From NCBI GenBank assembly GCA_002633005.1, contig NMRA01000592.1, positions 72,855 through 136,854 of the forward strand: DNA of 64,000 nucleotides, written 5' to 3'. This DNA comes from Phoronis australis (Eukaryota; Animalia; Phoronida). The notes beneath the pieces are model-generated. The model did no database searches and had not been told where the DNA came from. It saw only the letters and a list, made by a program, of their open reading frames with translations. The translations under genes were made by a program, and so were the position numbers. Shown here in pieces: positions 22,801 through 34,600 of this stretch (position 1 is the stretch's first letter; every line of letters begins with the position of its first letter).

Positions 22801-25587
22801 GACTGAACTGTAAAGGGTGCTAGCTTTAAAAATTCACTAATTTTCTGTTTAACTGTACCAAAGACTTCCATACTAACTCGAGAATAGTTCAGGAGTCTGA
22901 GTATGTCTTAAAAGTTTTGGTTGTTGTTTCACCCGCATTACTCAAGTAACTACAGTTTGGAGTAAAAATCTCCGAGTAATTTAAAGGTAAAGTTTGGTGG
23001 TCACTGAGGCCCAGGCTGTCTCCAAGCCTATAAGTCAACAATTGAGACTGATGATTCTCTTTACAGGCCATCTGGGTGTTCAGCTGGGTGAAATACAAAC
23101 CAGTTCGCTACGGTGATTACTACTACCCAGCGTGGGGTGATGCTATTGGCTGGCTGCTGGCTGGTTGCTCTATTATATGCATTCCCATTGGAGCAATACA
23201 CTCTGTTCTTACGGCTGAAGGCGACACCTTTTGGCAGGTGAGTTACGTAATAAAGAACTTGTAGAAAGTGGATGACATATATGATGATGTCTTATATTTC
23301 AGAGACTTGGTGAAAATCAATCAGTTGTAATATATTTTTAATGGTAATGTGAAATTTTCTCTATTTTTAGTTGTGAGGACTATTTTAACTTTGTTATAAC
23401 TGGCAATGGGACAACTTTTTGTATCATTTCACTCAGGCTCTGAACTCACTTCACAAGGGTAGGTCAATTAGGATACTAATGCCCAGATTATTTACTAGTA
23501 ACTCGACCCAGGGTGGTGACACCATCTGTATGCCAGGCTATATAGACAGTGAGGCGTATCTTTGGCAGATGTGAGTCGAGTTTGACCAAAAACATACTGC
23601 TGTGGTCAACATAAGGTAATTTTTAATTAACTTTGAAAATTAAATGAGAAAAATGCAACAGTTGAAATATGCGAATGCTCAGGCACATTCCCCTCTCAGA
23701 CAGCAAACGGCTTATCACTGTCGTAAATCAAACGTCAAGCTGAAACATAAACAAAAGCACTGCATACTGGCTGTCTGCAGTAGTCCACCCCAACTTGCGA
23801 GACGAGACACAGGACTTCAGACACTGAGTGGAATGGAATAAGAATCATATGATAGTTTCAATGACGGTTCGAGATGTCTAGCAGTTATTAGGCACAGTGT
23901 TCTTAAGCTGGGCTTCTATGACAATCCTAGTTCTAATGCTGGTCTGTTTCACAAGCTGCTACTAGTCTTACTGCTCCCTATAACATACAAGTACTCACTG
24001 TGTCCGAGCACACTGCATTCTCTGTAGATCAAATTATTGATGAAACATTTCAAACACGAGTCTTAAATCAGAAGAGTGTCTTTGTCAATTGCTCGGGTAT
24101 GCACAGTTAATTGCTGTTGGACATTTCAACTTGTTATTCTCATTTTTCTTGTGATGGAAACATGCATACATTTAGCATGGACTAATTAGACATTGAAAGA
24201 TGAACATCAGTGGAGAGGGGGGAGGGGCAAGCATCATATAGCAGTACACACCTTATTTGATGAGCAAAGTAACAGAATCTGATGTTAGTCACATATTCTG
24301 TTCTCCTTACCAAGACCCATGATTATACAATTTTGTTTAAGACATGTAAAACCTGGTTACTCTTGTAAAATGGAGATGGACACTCTTTCATTTAACACGA
24401 GTTGACAGTTTGCTCAGGTGCCATGTTCCTCTTAACACTCAGTTATCGTTTCCCATTCTTATAAACTTTAACTCCTGGTTCTCGTATCATTTTGTTGATT
24501 ACTGATCTTCAGCCCTTGACCTTTTACTGTGTAATATGCCGTGAGACAACAGAAACTAGAGGGTGCAATTCTTTGCAGCACTTTTACTCATCTTTATTTT
24601 ATGGCCGTGGTTCTTCTTTTAGGCCAAATCAGCACAAGAGAACGATCATAACAAGTGCTTTAGCAATTGAACAATGTCATTTTTACAGCAGTTTTTGCAT
24701 TTTATGGAAACTCCATGGGACTGGAATTTGGCCGTTTTTATCGCAATTTGATGATGAAAATCCCGTAATTCAGCAAGTTTGTTGTCTTGTCTATTTGAAA
24801 ACGTATGTTTCTCGATTTCGTTTTCCACGTGCCTTAGTATTGTTCTGACTTGCGTCTGAGTTTCCGGTATTACACTAACTTGCTTGTACTTGCTTTGAGT
24901 TAAGAAACAAAACGTGTAGTGTTTAAGTATGACATCGTCCTAAAAAGCCTTGCTATTCGTTTTATTTTATTAGACAGATTCAGTCAAGACTTTGGGCTGA
25001 TATTGTAGCCACGCATGGTTTCACCCTCTTGTCTCCCTCTTATTTCTGTATCAGTATGTGCTCCTTTTGGCCTGATCACTCTCTAATCCAGGATACGTGA
25101 TAATTTTGCTCCTTTTGGCCTGATCACTGTCTAGTCCAGGATATGTTATAATTATGCTCACCTTTTGTTTGAACTTCTCACTCTACTCTGTTATGTCGTA
25201 ACTGATAATGTTTTAATTACCAAAGGACATGGCATATTGTGATGTTGAATGTACTCTGTTTAACAGTCTTGATTTAGGTTAACCTGTTAATAGTGCCGGC
25301 ATAAAATGACATTAGGATGGAGTTAAGCAGGATGAGTAAGTTAGTTTACATCAACAATAATATAGTATTTAATAGTATTGTGGGTTTACATGCTAACTAG
25401 CTTACTGTTTCACATGACTGCTATTTATTGTTAAAATACTTACTATTTCATTACACAGAAGTTCAAGGCAAGTACTCGTACCAGATTGACTGCAGCTGAT
25501 GGGGCAAAGATGATTGAGACAGAGGAAAAACCACAGTTTCATGAAGAAAGCTCGTCTGCTCAAAATTTGATGAACACAAAACTTTGA
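4846..25587 (+). CDS. ine: SLC6 Na+/Cl- dependent transporter, inebriated (ine)/GABA-transporter-like; 5'-partial (TM1-TM2 exons lie upstream of the window)
   Basis: Exons 4846-5065, 11250-11382, 11677-11811, 12195-12298, 13143-13267, 16279-16391, 19460-19600, 20056-20155, 20499-20599, 23067-23237, 25459-25587. All are GT-AG and phase-compatible. Translation includes the SLC6 motifs [76 protein letters not shown] and [10 protein letters not shown], ending NTKL*. The QNFNS TM6 variant matches Drosophila ine as I remember it. Confidence 0.92.
5376..5419 (-). ncRNA. Minimal type I hammerhead ribozyme-like motif (core GAAA mutated to AAAA)
   Basis: Minus strand reads GCTT CTGAGGA T GGTGTT-TAAATA-AATGCC AAAA CATGTC AAGC. 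Confidence 0.55.
5941..5986 (+). ncRNA. Minimal type I hammerhead ribozyme-like motif (Penelope-type)
   Basis: GCTT CTGAGGA T GGTGTT-TTGATCTG-AATGCC GAAA CATGTT AAGC. Stem I is GCTT/AAGC, the core is CUGAnGA and GAAA, stem II has G.U pairs, and the short stem III is the palindrome AACATGTT. Confidence 0.65.
6937..8329. mobile_element. Non-autonomous Tc1/mariner-pogo-type element (MITE)
   Basis: TIRs CCGTATTTGCCGTAATAACCGCCCA and TGGGCGGTTATTACGGCGAATACGG. Flanks are TA on the left and TG on the right. Subterminal GGGGGCGCTTAT repeats; no transposase ORF. Confidence 0.85.
8592..10072 (+). mobile_element. Helentron-associated (HINE/DINE-like) non-autonomous element with internal tandem units
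   Basis: Starts TTTTT-ATGCGCCCAC and ends GTGGGTGCAT (subterminal inverted repeat), followed by the hairpin CAACGC-TCT-GCGTTG and CTTGTT. Internal blocks are repeated, e.g. CCTCTGTCAACCAAACCACTCT near 8953 and 9611, and recurring CTAGTGGCAATTT. Confidence 0.6.
12077..12194 (+). repeat. 23-bp tandem repeat (5 copies) ending at an SLC6 acceptor AG
   Basis: Unit TAGACCAAGTGATGCTATACGTC. The TAG that would start the sixth unit is the acceptor at 12192-12194. Confidence 0.9.
13425..14773. mobile_element. Degenerate TA-flanked MITE
   Basis: TA|CCACAAACTTGCGGGTTAATGCC ... GGCGTTAACCCATGAGTTCATGG|TA. The imperfect TIRs differ mostly by CpG-type transitions. Confidence 0.7.
14990..15360 (-). mobile_element. 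3' fragment of an RNase H-containing non-LTR retrotransposon
   Basis: A minus-strand frame not shown in the ORF track reads [28 protein letters not shown], the C-terminal RNase H motif W.P.H.G..GNE.AD.LA. It is followed by a stop and a frameshifted tail. Confidence 0.7.
16381..16855 (+). repeat. 44-bp tandem array (~11 copies) copying an SLC6 exon end and donor
   Basis: Unit TTGATAGTCAG|GTTAGTGAAGTGTTTTAGTCGTCTCACTTGTAA. Degenerate copies continue to about 17060. Confidence 0.92.
18240..18426. repeat. ~22-bp minisatellite
   Basis: Unit CCATGACTCCACACACCCCTGT, about 8 copies. Confidence 0.9.
20553..20985 (+). repeat. ~55-bp tandem array (~8 copies) copying an SLC6 exon end and donor
   Basis: Unit TTCTTCCGGGTCTGCTGGTATGG..TCACC.TGCCT.ATCCTG|GTAAGTCTTA. 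Confidence 0.88.
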
Positions 25588-28500
25588 TGAAAAGCTTGAA
25601 AAGTACATCTCTGAAGTCAGTCCTGCTACTTTATACTTGAAACCTGCACAGTTAGTGTTACATTCTTGTTCACAATTGGACTAATTTTAGAATGATTTTT
25701 GATATATATTTTATTTTGTTCATGCACAATGTTTGCTTATGATTATCAATGTTTTGAACACTAAGTCAGGTAAAATTGAAAATTTGATTTATGTGCTTTT
25801 GTGAATGATGACACAACTGTTATGAATTTTTTTATAAAGTTACATTTGTTGAAACTCTATATATATATAACTAAAAAAGTGATTTTCAGTTTCTGGCTCT
25901 TGCTCATTCTCAAGAATAGTTGACTGCGGTTATAGCCTGCCATATAGTGTAATATTACACAAAACTAAGGTCATCTAGAATCACACTTAATTTTTTAACG
26001 TCATGAAACCCACATGCACTGTATTAGCATAAACCTGACAGTGTGCTCTATTGACCTTCAAAAGGTAGGAAAGTAGGCCGCGCCTACGTCTCCAGTGTAC
26101 AAATTGTGGGATGGTGTTAGAGCTATGAAGTCACATGCAGCTGTTTGCCATTTTGCTTTGGTTTAATGCTCCCTTTCCTCTAAGCCGGCATGTTGTGCAC
26201 CCCTCTACTTGGATGAGTTACATATGACATCACCAACATAGTTATCATCAACATGTTGTCTGTATACCTTGATAACTTAGCACTTCCCACTATTCATGGC
26301 CAACATTACTTAATATCTGTATCACGAGCTGACTAAGCATTTGTCAAACCTATTTTAGTATGCATTGTTGTAGTTTCTTAACGCGTGACTTGAGATGAGC
26401 AGTTCTCGTTTGTATAGGAATGGTAATGCTCCAGTTATTTCGCACAAAGTTAATTTAATATAGTTTCGTGATAGTGTGGGTGGTGCCAAATAAACTGAAT
26501 TTACAAACTGCATACTTAGGTGACAAGTGGTGCAAAGTTAGTTGAGTTATTAGCCATTGCCAACTGCCCATGTGTGAATTTAACAAAATGCGACCTACGG
26601 GTTGTCGCTTGATTCTATTCACTGTTACAGTAAATAACGTGTAATTGGTAATCTCAGGTAAGTTGGGCAATAAAAAAGCGCCGGCCATGTGGAAGTACGA
26701 GAGGATGACGAAAACTGGGAGGTAGAGGGTGGGAAAAATTTTTAAGTTTTTGAACGTACGACAATGTGGCCGGAACAAAGATGAACTGAAAGCGAGGTTA
26801 CCATAACAAAGAAAACACCCCTAAGGACACGTGACAATCATTAGCCTATAAGAGCCAAGAGCTGACTAAACTCGAGGCCCGTAATAACAACAGACCAATA
26901 CGAAGGCTGGGAAAACGACGGGTAGTCCCACACAAAGGAAATAATGGAATAGACTGACGTGAGGGGAGGAAGGAGTAAGATGGGTTCATATGCTCACATA
27001 AATATATTTAACAAGTGATACACCAGTTATGGAGAGCTTTCTGTTGTACCAATGAATGTACATTCCATTTCTAGTTATGAATATATGGTCTCATAAAATG
27101 TTGCTGCAATTTATAGTTACTGCCTGTGTTCACTCATGTGTACTTATATTGTTCACCTTGCATTTGTATGGAATATATGTTTACTTTAACGGAAAGTTTG
27201 TTTGAGATCTCATTGTAATGTATCTACAGAGACTGCCCGACAGGCTTGTAGTTAGAGCGTAATTTTAAGACGATATACTACAAAGCACGATTATTTTTTG
27301 TATTATATTTTTGAGTTCAAGTACTAAGAAATTACTGGTTCGTATAAGTGATAATTAATAGTTAAATCATACATCATAACTCAAGTCTCATGTCAATATT
27401 TACACTTGCTGTTAATATCACAACAGTCTGTAAGTCGCACAATTCTAAGCACAAGACCGACCGTTTCCATCATGAACTGAGAATCTGAGTGGACATGCAT
27501 TCCAGTTCACTTTATGTTTGCATGCCTAAACTGTAATTGGACAGCACCTGGTGCTTGTTTTCGTCTTATTGCAGGCAATGAGACAACAATAGCTGGCAGT
27601 GCATTCACATGAGATGTATTTGCACTGGATAGTTTACTGGTCTGAGTGATTGTGTATCCATAGAATTTAGAAGCTTTACGTCATGCAAAGTGTAAAAAAC
27701 AGTTTTGAACAATACACTAGCTCTCAAATAAGTCTGATTTTGTTCCTTTCCAAGATGAGAAGTGAGAAGCGAATGGACAGAAAGACATGTGCAATGAAAC
27801 AAGCTACAAAATGTGGCGTGATTCATGTGAAAGACCTCAGTGATTACAGACTTGGACAAGATTGTAGACAGTGGGCTTGATTTAGTGAATTTTTGCTTTA
27901 AAAACACATTTTGTATCGCTACTCAAAGGTTAACACAGTCACAATGACTAGACTCAACAGCTTCCTTATAACATCAAAACTTTAACAAAACTGGCAAGTC
28001 AAAACCCACATTTACAACATCCGTTATCTTGCTGAATTGAAGGCAATTACAGATAATTATGTCATCACAAAGAGTAATGACATATTCATCCTGGCTGCAA
28101 AATCTCTATTATCCATTAAATGCAGCTGAAACACAGCTATTCAAAATAAAAAGTTTTGATTTAGACCACTTGCCACTACGAAATTGGTCTGTAATTGTCA
28201 TATTCGAGATGATCTCAGGGCTTCAAAAAGCTTGAGACCTAGCTCTCCAACTTGGCTTGTCACAGCAGAGAACACTGTCTTGAGAATGAACGACCAGTTG
28301 TTTACAAACCAAGAAACCACTTCCCATATGAGCAAGAAAGTAGTTGAGACCAATTTTATAATGCTAAGTGGTCCAATTAAAAAATTAGCTTCTTGGACTA
28401 AAGGAGGGTTTACAGGCATTTTAAAAGTTTCAACACGTCTGTAAGCTTTGATTCCTTGAAACACTATGGCCCTGCTCTAAAGTAATCATCTATCTGACAA

Positions 28501-28657
28501 TCTTGAGGGAAAATCATTCTGCTCCATAGCAGGATTTTATACTGTACTGAATAATGTCTAATACAAATATTTCAAATGTAATCAACAGCCTGCGAACGCA
28601 TCATGACAGATGTCACAAAAATTTAACAACCATTCAGAGGTGTCGGTCATGCACCAT

Positions 28658-31600
28658 TCAGAGGTGTGACTTGGGACGAAGTGAGCCAATATTTGGTTTG
28701 TCAAGGAACTCCTTCCACCAGGTGGGTCTCTCAAACACTTTCTCACCCTGAATCATTGCACCATACAAGTTCTTGTAGATCTACAAAAAGGGTGTACAGT
28801 ATTGTAATAGTGCTCACGAACATATATCCCTAATTTATTCTTAAAGTTCTATACATATTTAGTACATCTTTGGAGGAAAACAATTCAGTACATAAATGTA
28901 CAACACGTACCAGACCATCTGCAGTTATCTTTTACATATTCAGCAAACAAATTTTGACAACTTAGTTTCTGGTTGAATATCAGCAATTTTATTATACAGT
29001 ACCTAGCTCGTGCTCAGTGAAAAGTGTTTTCAGAATATACATGCAATAAAAACACATTAACAAAATGGCACATAACAGCGCAATCTATTATCTCCTTATG
29101 TAAGACATAGATTAACAAGTTCACTTTACGTAGGCTTATTTTTATTGAGAAAAATGAGATAAAGCAGGAGACAAAAACTGCTTGAGATTATCCCTCAAGA
29201 ATTGTGAAACCATGAAACAGGACAAGAAGGCATCTGAATTCTTTTCCAACACAGCGAATCTAGGATTCTGTAAGAGACAACAGTGCCTAACAAACAAAGT
29301 TCACCCTAAACAGTTGTTGAGATTTTTTATTTTGCCTAATCATGTCACAAAGAGGTGACCTCTGATCTCCCATGCTATATCCACCTAGATGCTTTAACAT
29401 CCTAACAACTGACCTATCGCCAGGAGTTTGAGTGACAGCTTAACTGACCAATCAGAACACAGCATTCTTGACACACCTTCGTATCCAAGCCTCCATTTTA
29501 CCTGACAAACGACACGTAGTCAGGTAAAACTTTTTGTTTGTCGACTTTTCGCAAGGAGGCGAAGCTTGGGATAGGTCAATAACTAAGAGTGTGCAGGTAA
29601 CCCTATTTGCTCACCTGACCATCAGACAGTCCAATGGGTGACCTCAGTATATAGTCAGGAGGAGCAAGGACATCAACCAATGACACCGCATCATCCTTCA
29701 ACTCTCCACATAACTCCAAGATGGCCTCTCGTATCAGCTGAGGTGGCTCACCCCCACTCACATACTGACCTGGAACAAAATCGGTGTTTTAAAAAAACAT
29801 TGATTTACAAATAGATATAAACAATGATTTACAAACAGATATGAAATATTGATCGACAGAATGATGCAACATTGTTTTACATGCAGATATTGACTTACAG
29901 AAATGATAAAAAATATTGTTTTACAAACAGATACGAAATATTGATGTATGGATGTAACATTGTTTTACATACAGATATAAAATATTGATTTACAGAACTG
30001 AAGATATTAAACATTCAATTTGTTTTACTAACAGATATGAAATATTGATCTACGGAATTACATACAGATATAAAATACTGACGTACAGAAAACATCGTTT
30101 TACAAACTGACAAAATAGAACGCTCAAAGTCCACAACTCTTACTCCAATGATCTCTGAAACTTTTGTAGTTTAGGTATTTTATTTCTTTCATAAACAGCA
30201 AAGTTACTTTATACAAAAATCTTTTTTACTAATGGGAAAGTGTGCCGGTGTGGTGCAATAACAAGATTTACGGAAAAATCTCGGCTATTAGGGACAAAAC
30301 AATTTATTTTCAAAACTGGCATTTTTTTCATTTTTCAAAGACTGCTAACATTGCTGTGAATACTTGAAACTTCTCATAACTTTGTGTACTCCCAACCTAT
30401 GATGTCGAAGTGTTGCGTATCTGGGAGGACAACGCTGCACCTATCCACAGTACTGTAATTGGAGCTATATTACAATACTAAGGTACATGATATTAATTAA
30501 CACCCCATTGATAACCTTGTTAGTAAGGTGTTGGAATTTCTTATTTTGGATTGCATTCAGCACTCTGTCTAATCAGGTTGGACTTAAAATGAATTGTGGG
30601 ACGGATCAAGTTAAAACTGATTAAATTTACCAGTTCATGTAAAAGCACTGAAATTTAAAACATTTTAGACTTTAGAACTTAAAATGCATTCAGTAGTAAG
30701 TTTATCTAGAATGTTTTAAGTTAAAAAGTTTTAAATTTGTCGTGCGAAAGCAAAGTTTTAGCTGGAATGGTTAAAATGCGAAAAAAGCATTACAATGATG
30801 TTTTCAATGAAAAAAGAGCACTCGTGTACATGTGCCAAATGAGGTTGTACTTCACAAACAAAATAAGTTATTACAACCCGTCCTATGATAATCAGCAGGT
30901 GCCATTCAACTTTGTTAAAACATTTTAGAAGTACCAATTTTGTCGTGTGAACAAAATGTTTTTTCAGTATAAAGCTAAAATGTTCCAGCTCAAAACATTT
31001 TAGCTGAAAAGATTTTAAGAAATGATTGTGTGAATACACTTTTTAAAAGCTTAAAAGTAACTACAAAAATTGTTTCACAAACTAGTAGTAATTTAACCTG
31101 GCTGTAGTAATACAAATGGTGTAAGACAAGGTGGCATACCATCACCCTACGCAGAGCATTGATATGTGACCTTACAAACAGTAAAGACATAAAGGGTGAT
31201 CATTTTTCAAATCTTTCCACAGTTGTTGGATACACTAGTCAGCACCTGTTGTGCTCTCCTCATTGAGACCATTTTGCCATGAAAGATCATCACAAGTAGC
31301 CAGTGCACTCACTTGGGACAGTCAAACTTCCTGAGCAAACAGTGATATAGTGGATAACAGGTGGTGCCATTTTATTTGCTTCAAGTAATTGGTTGTTGAC
31401 ACGGTTCATCTTACTGGTCAATTCGTTTTCACTGATATGAGAGATAAAATGTAACATTTGAACGTGTGTGCGGGTACTTTGTAAATACGTCAAGGATTAG
31501 TGCCAGACCATTTATTATCAATTTTTTGCTGTCACTTTGGTCAAAACTAAAATTGTCAATACGCTGACCAACATGAATTTCAAAAACAGATCAGTGAGGC

Positions 31601-34600
31601 CAAAACCAAATGTCAAAACACCAACAGAAGCCTTTATTAATAACAAAACTCCTTACTTACCTTGATACAAAGTAGCCATGTGTTTCTCCAAGCACCACAA
31701 TCCAAACAGACTGAACAATTTGTTCAAAATTGACTTTAAATCACTAGGCACATCATCATCGGTTGTGATGAAGTCATAGAACCTTTGCAGACACGTATAC
31801 TTAAACAGAGAAAAGAAAAAGGTTAACAGATTTTGGCTTGAAAAGTCAACCCTAAAAAGAATTACTTAGAAAACTCTAATAAACTAACAGTATTCGTTAT
31901 GAATACCAGTAGTTGGCATTCTCACAAAATGCACTAGTTGACTTATAGTTTTCCAATTTAATTGTCAGATTTTCCAAACAGTTGCACTGCCAGTCTATCA
32001 GGACAAAGATCATATTTCAGGAACACAGAGACACCACCACAGAAAACAAAAAATCAGCTATGTATATAATGAGAAAATTCTGTTGAAGCCAATGTCATGA
32101 CAATAGATAGTTGGAGATTCACATCAAGAATTTTTAATTCGAATGGATTCCAAATCAAGGTGACAAACAAATACACAAGTTACCCACTATTTCAGAAAAG
32201 GTAATTCTATCTCCATAGACAATTGAGAAAAATCAAAGTCAAGTTATCTATTTGATTAGACTTGAAAGTAATAATATAAGAAGTAAATTCAAATAAAGTC
32301 ATCAGAGAAAAATAGTTCATCATCAGTTACAAAAATAACTATCTGTACAGGAAAAACTTTGTGCTTCTGAAAAGATGACTGTCAAAATTAGCTGACCTGT
32401 TTTTTATGTCCCGGAAAATACTACCTGAATTTAGACAACTGAGATACTCTGTAAATACCACCTCTATATAGACAACAGGCATACCCTGTAAATACTACCT
32501 CGATACAGACAACTGAGATACCGAGATAACCTGTAAATACTACCTCAGTACAGACAACTGAGATACCTTGTAAATACTAACTCAATAGAGAACTGAGATA
32601 CCCTGTAAATACTACCTCAGTAGAGACGAGTGAGATAGCCTGTAAATACTACCTCGATATAGACAACTGAGATACGCTGTAAATGCGACCTCAGTATAGA
32701 CAAATGAGATACCCTGTAAACACTACCTCGATATAGACAACTGAGATACCCTGTAAATACTACCTCAGTATAGACGAGTGAGATACCCTGTAAATACTAC
32801 CTCGATATAGACAATGGAAAGGCTCCTGGAGTAGTAGACCTGACTGTCATTTCTTGCTTGGAATGCTTGTTTGCCTATCTCTAGTTGACCTCTCAGTCTC
32901 TTGCCACTCTCTGCGCAGAGATAGCTAGCCAGCCATTTGTATGCTGACAGAATCACTGAAGATATTGGTAAAAGCTTTATTAGAAAAAAATAAAAGCATT
33001 CAACAGTAGCTGTAACTGTTGCCTGTTTTGCTAATGGCCATTCAGTATGTTACATCCATCCGCAGCATATCAGTCACCACACTGCCTAACTACATTTAAG
33101 TAACACCATGACCCAGTTGACATCTCAGGACAACCCAACAGATGGAAATCCAAACCTTACATTGTCAAGTATATGTGAGTTAGGTAATCAATGATCTAGA
33201 ACCAGACCAACCATTTTTTCACATTGTTTACATCCATTTACACTATTAACATTTGGGTCTTGGAGGGGGTAACTAGTACAAATAGTGGCTTAGAATTTTG
33301 CTACAAAATCAGAGTAGTTTACACACTAAAGGCATTTTGAAATTGACTGGTGTCTAACCAGAGATTACTCTTAGGCACATGACAACATTTAAGCAACCAA
33401 AGGTGAACAAAGGGTTTTTTGATCTTGGGTGAAAACATAATTGTTTTATTATCCCTTGGGGTTTTGAATGGCTTAGCCCATAATAAGCAAGTATTTAGGC
33501 ACATGTGCCTAAATGCAAAGCTGCACAGATATCTGAATGCGAGCACAGGTGCTTGTATGTGACACACTTGTCCAAGGAGCAAGATTTTAAAATAGCATGT
33601 GAGCTAAGGTTTGAGATGTTGATAAAAATGTGAGGTTAACTAGTTACTTGAAAAATAACAAAAAAACATCCAGCTTAAAACATACACAAAACAGTGGAAA
33701 AGAGACCCCTCTGTGCCTATTCGCTTGTTTAACAAGACGTCATTTTGATGTTTTGGACAGTCAAATAAAATAAAAATGCCAATATTGAAAACAGTAATTA
33801 GGCCAGGCTTGCATATAGCTGTAAACTACTAAGGACATGAAAAATTATTACAAGAACATGGGCTTGTTTGAAAATGCCCCCCACAGCTGCCTGATTTGGG
33901 AAAAAATCCAAGATCTGCAGCATTTTTGAAAATGGGATGTGACTGCTTATTTCTATTCCTATTTGTGGACCCAAATTTTGACAAATATGTCATCACTAAA
34001 CAACCAAATACATGAAGCCTAGGCGCATGTGCTAATGTGCTAAACATTTGAGCAAAACTAATACAGGCACAATGGCCTAGTATGTAAACACATATAGCGT
34101 ATAGCAATTTCACAATGTGTTGAGTGCTAACAGATTACTGAATGAGCACCCTAAATATATAAAATAAACCCAACATTCCTTCTCTGACATAACTTTAAAT
34201 TCCTATTTTATATAATTAGTGCAATCTTGCAAATTATTACGAAGCCCACAAATACATTGTAATTGTCTCAATTCACTGTCAATAACACTGCATATTGTTA
34301 ATGATGTCGCACTCATCATCCCTCAAATTCAATTGACATACCTTCACCACTTGCACACTGTTGTCTGCTCGTCGCGGTAAACCTCAGCTTCAGGTTCTCT
34401 GGCAGACTGTTGATGAAGTCTGTTGTGCCTAGTGGGCTATCAACACTCAGTCCGTCTGCTTCTTTAGCTTTAAGTAACCCTAGCAGGTAGTTGCTAGTCT
34501 GCTGCAGAATCACATTGTTGTCCCCTTCATATGTACAGTTGGCATCGTGATCGTCGCGCACCTCACCCAATCTATTGACTGTAACAGTTAGCTGATCAGT

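Noticed and set aside
25576-25587. SLC6 C-terminal TKL as a peroxisomal signal
   Set aside because: PTS1 imports soluble matrix proteins; for a polytopic membrane transporter a PDZ ligand is the better reading.
28150-28460. Similarity to 56170-56400 and an NYRPIS-like peptide suggesting a LINE reverse transcriptase
   Set aside because: Probably an old dispersed repeat, but no further RT motifs could be read, so no class was assigned.
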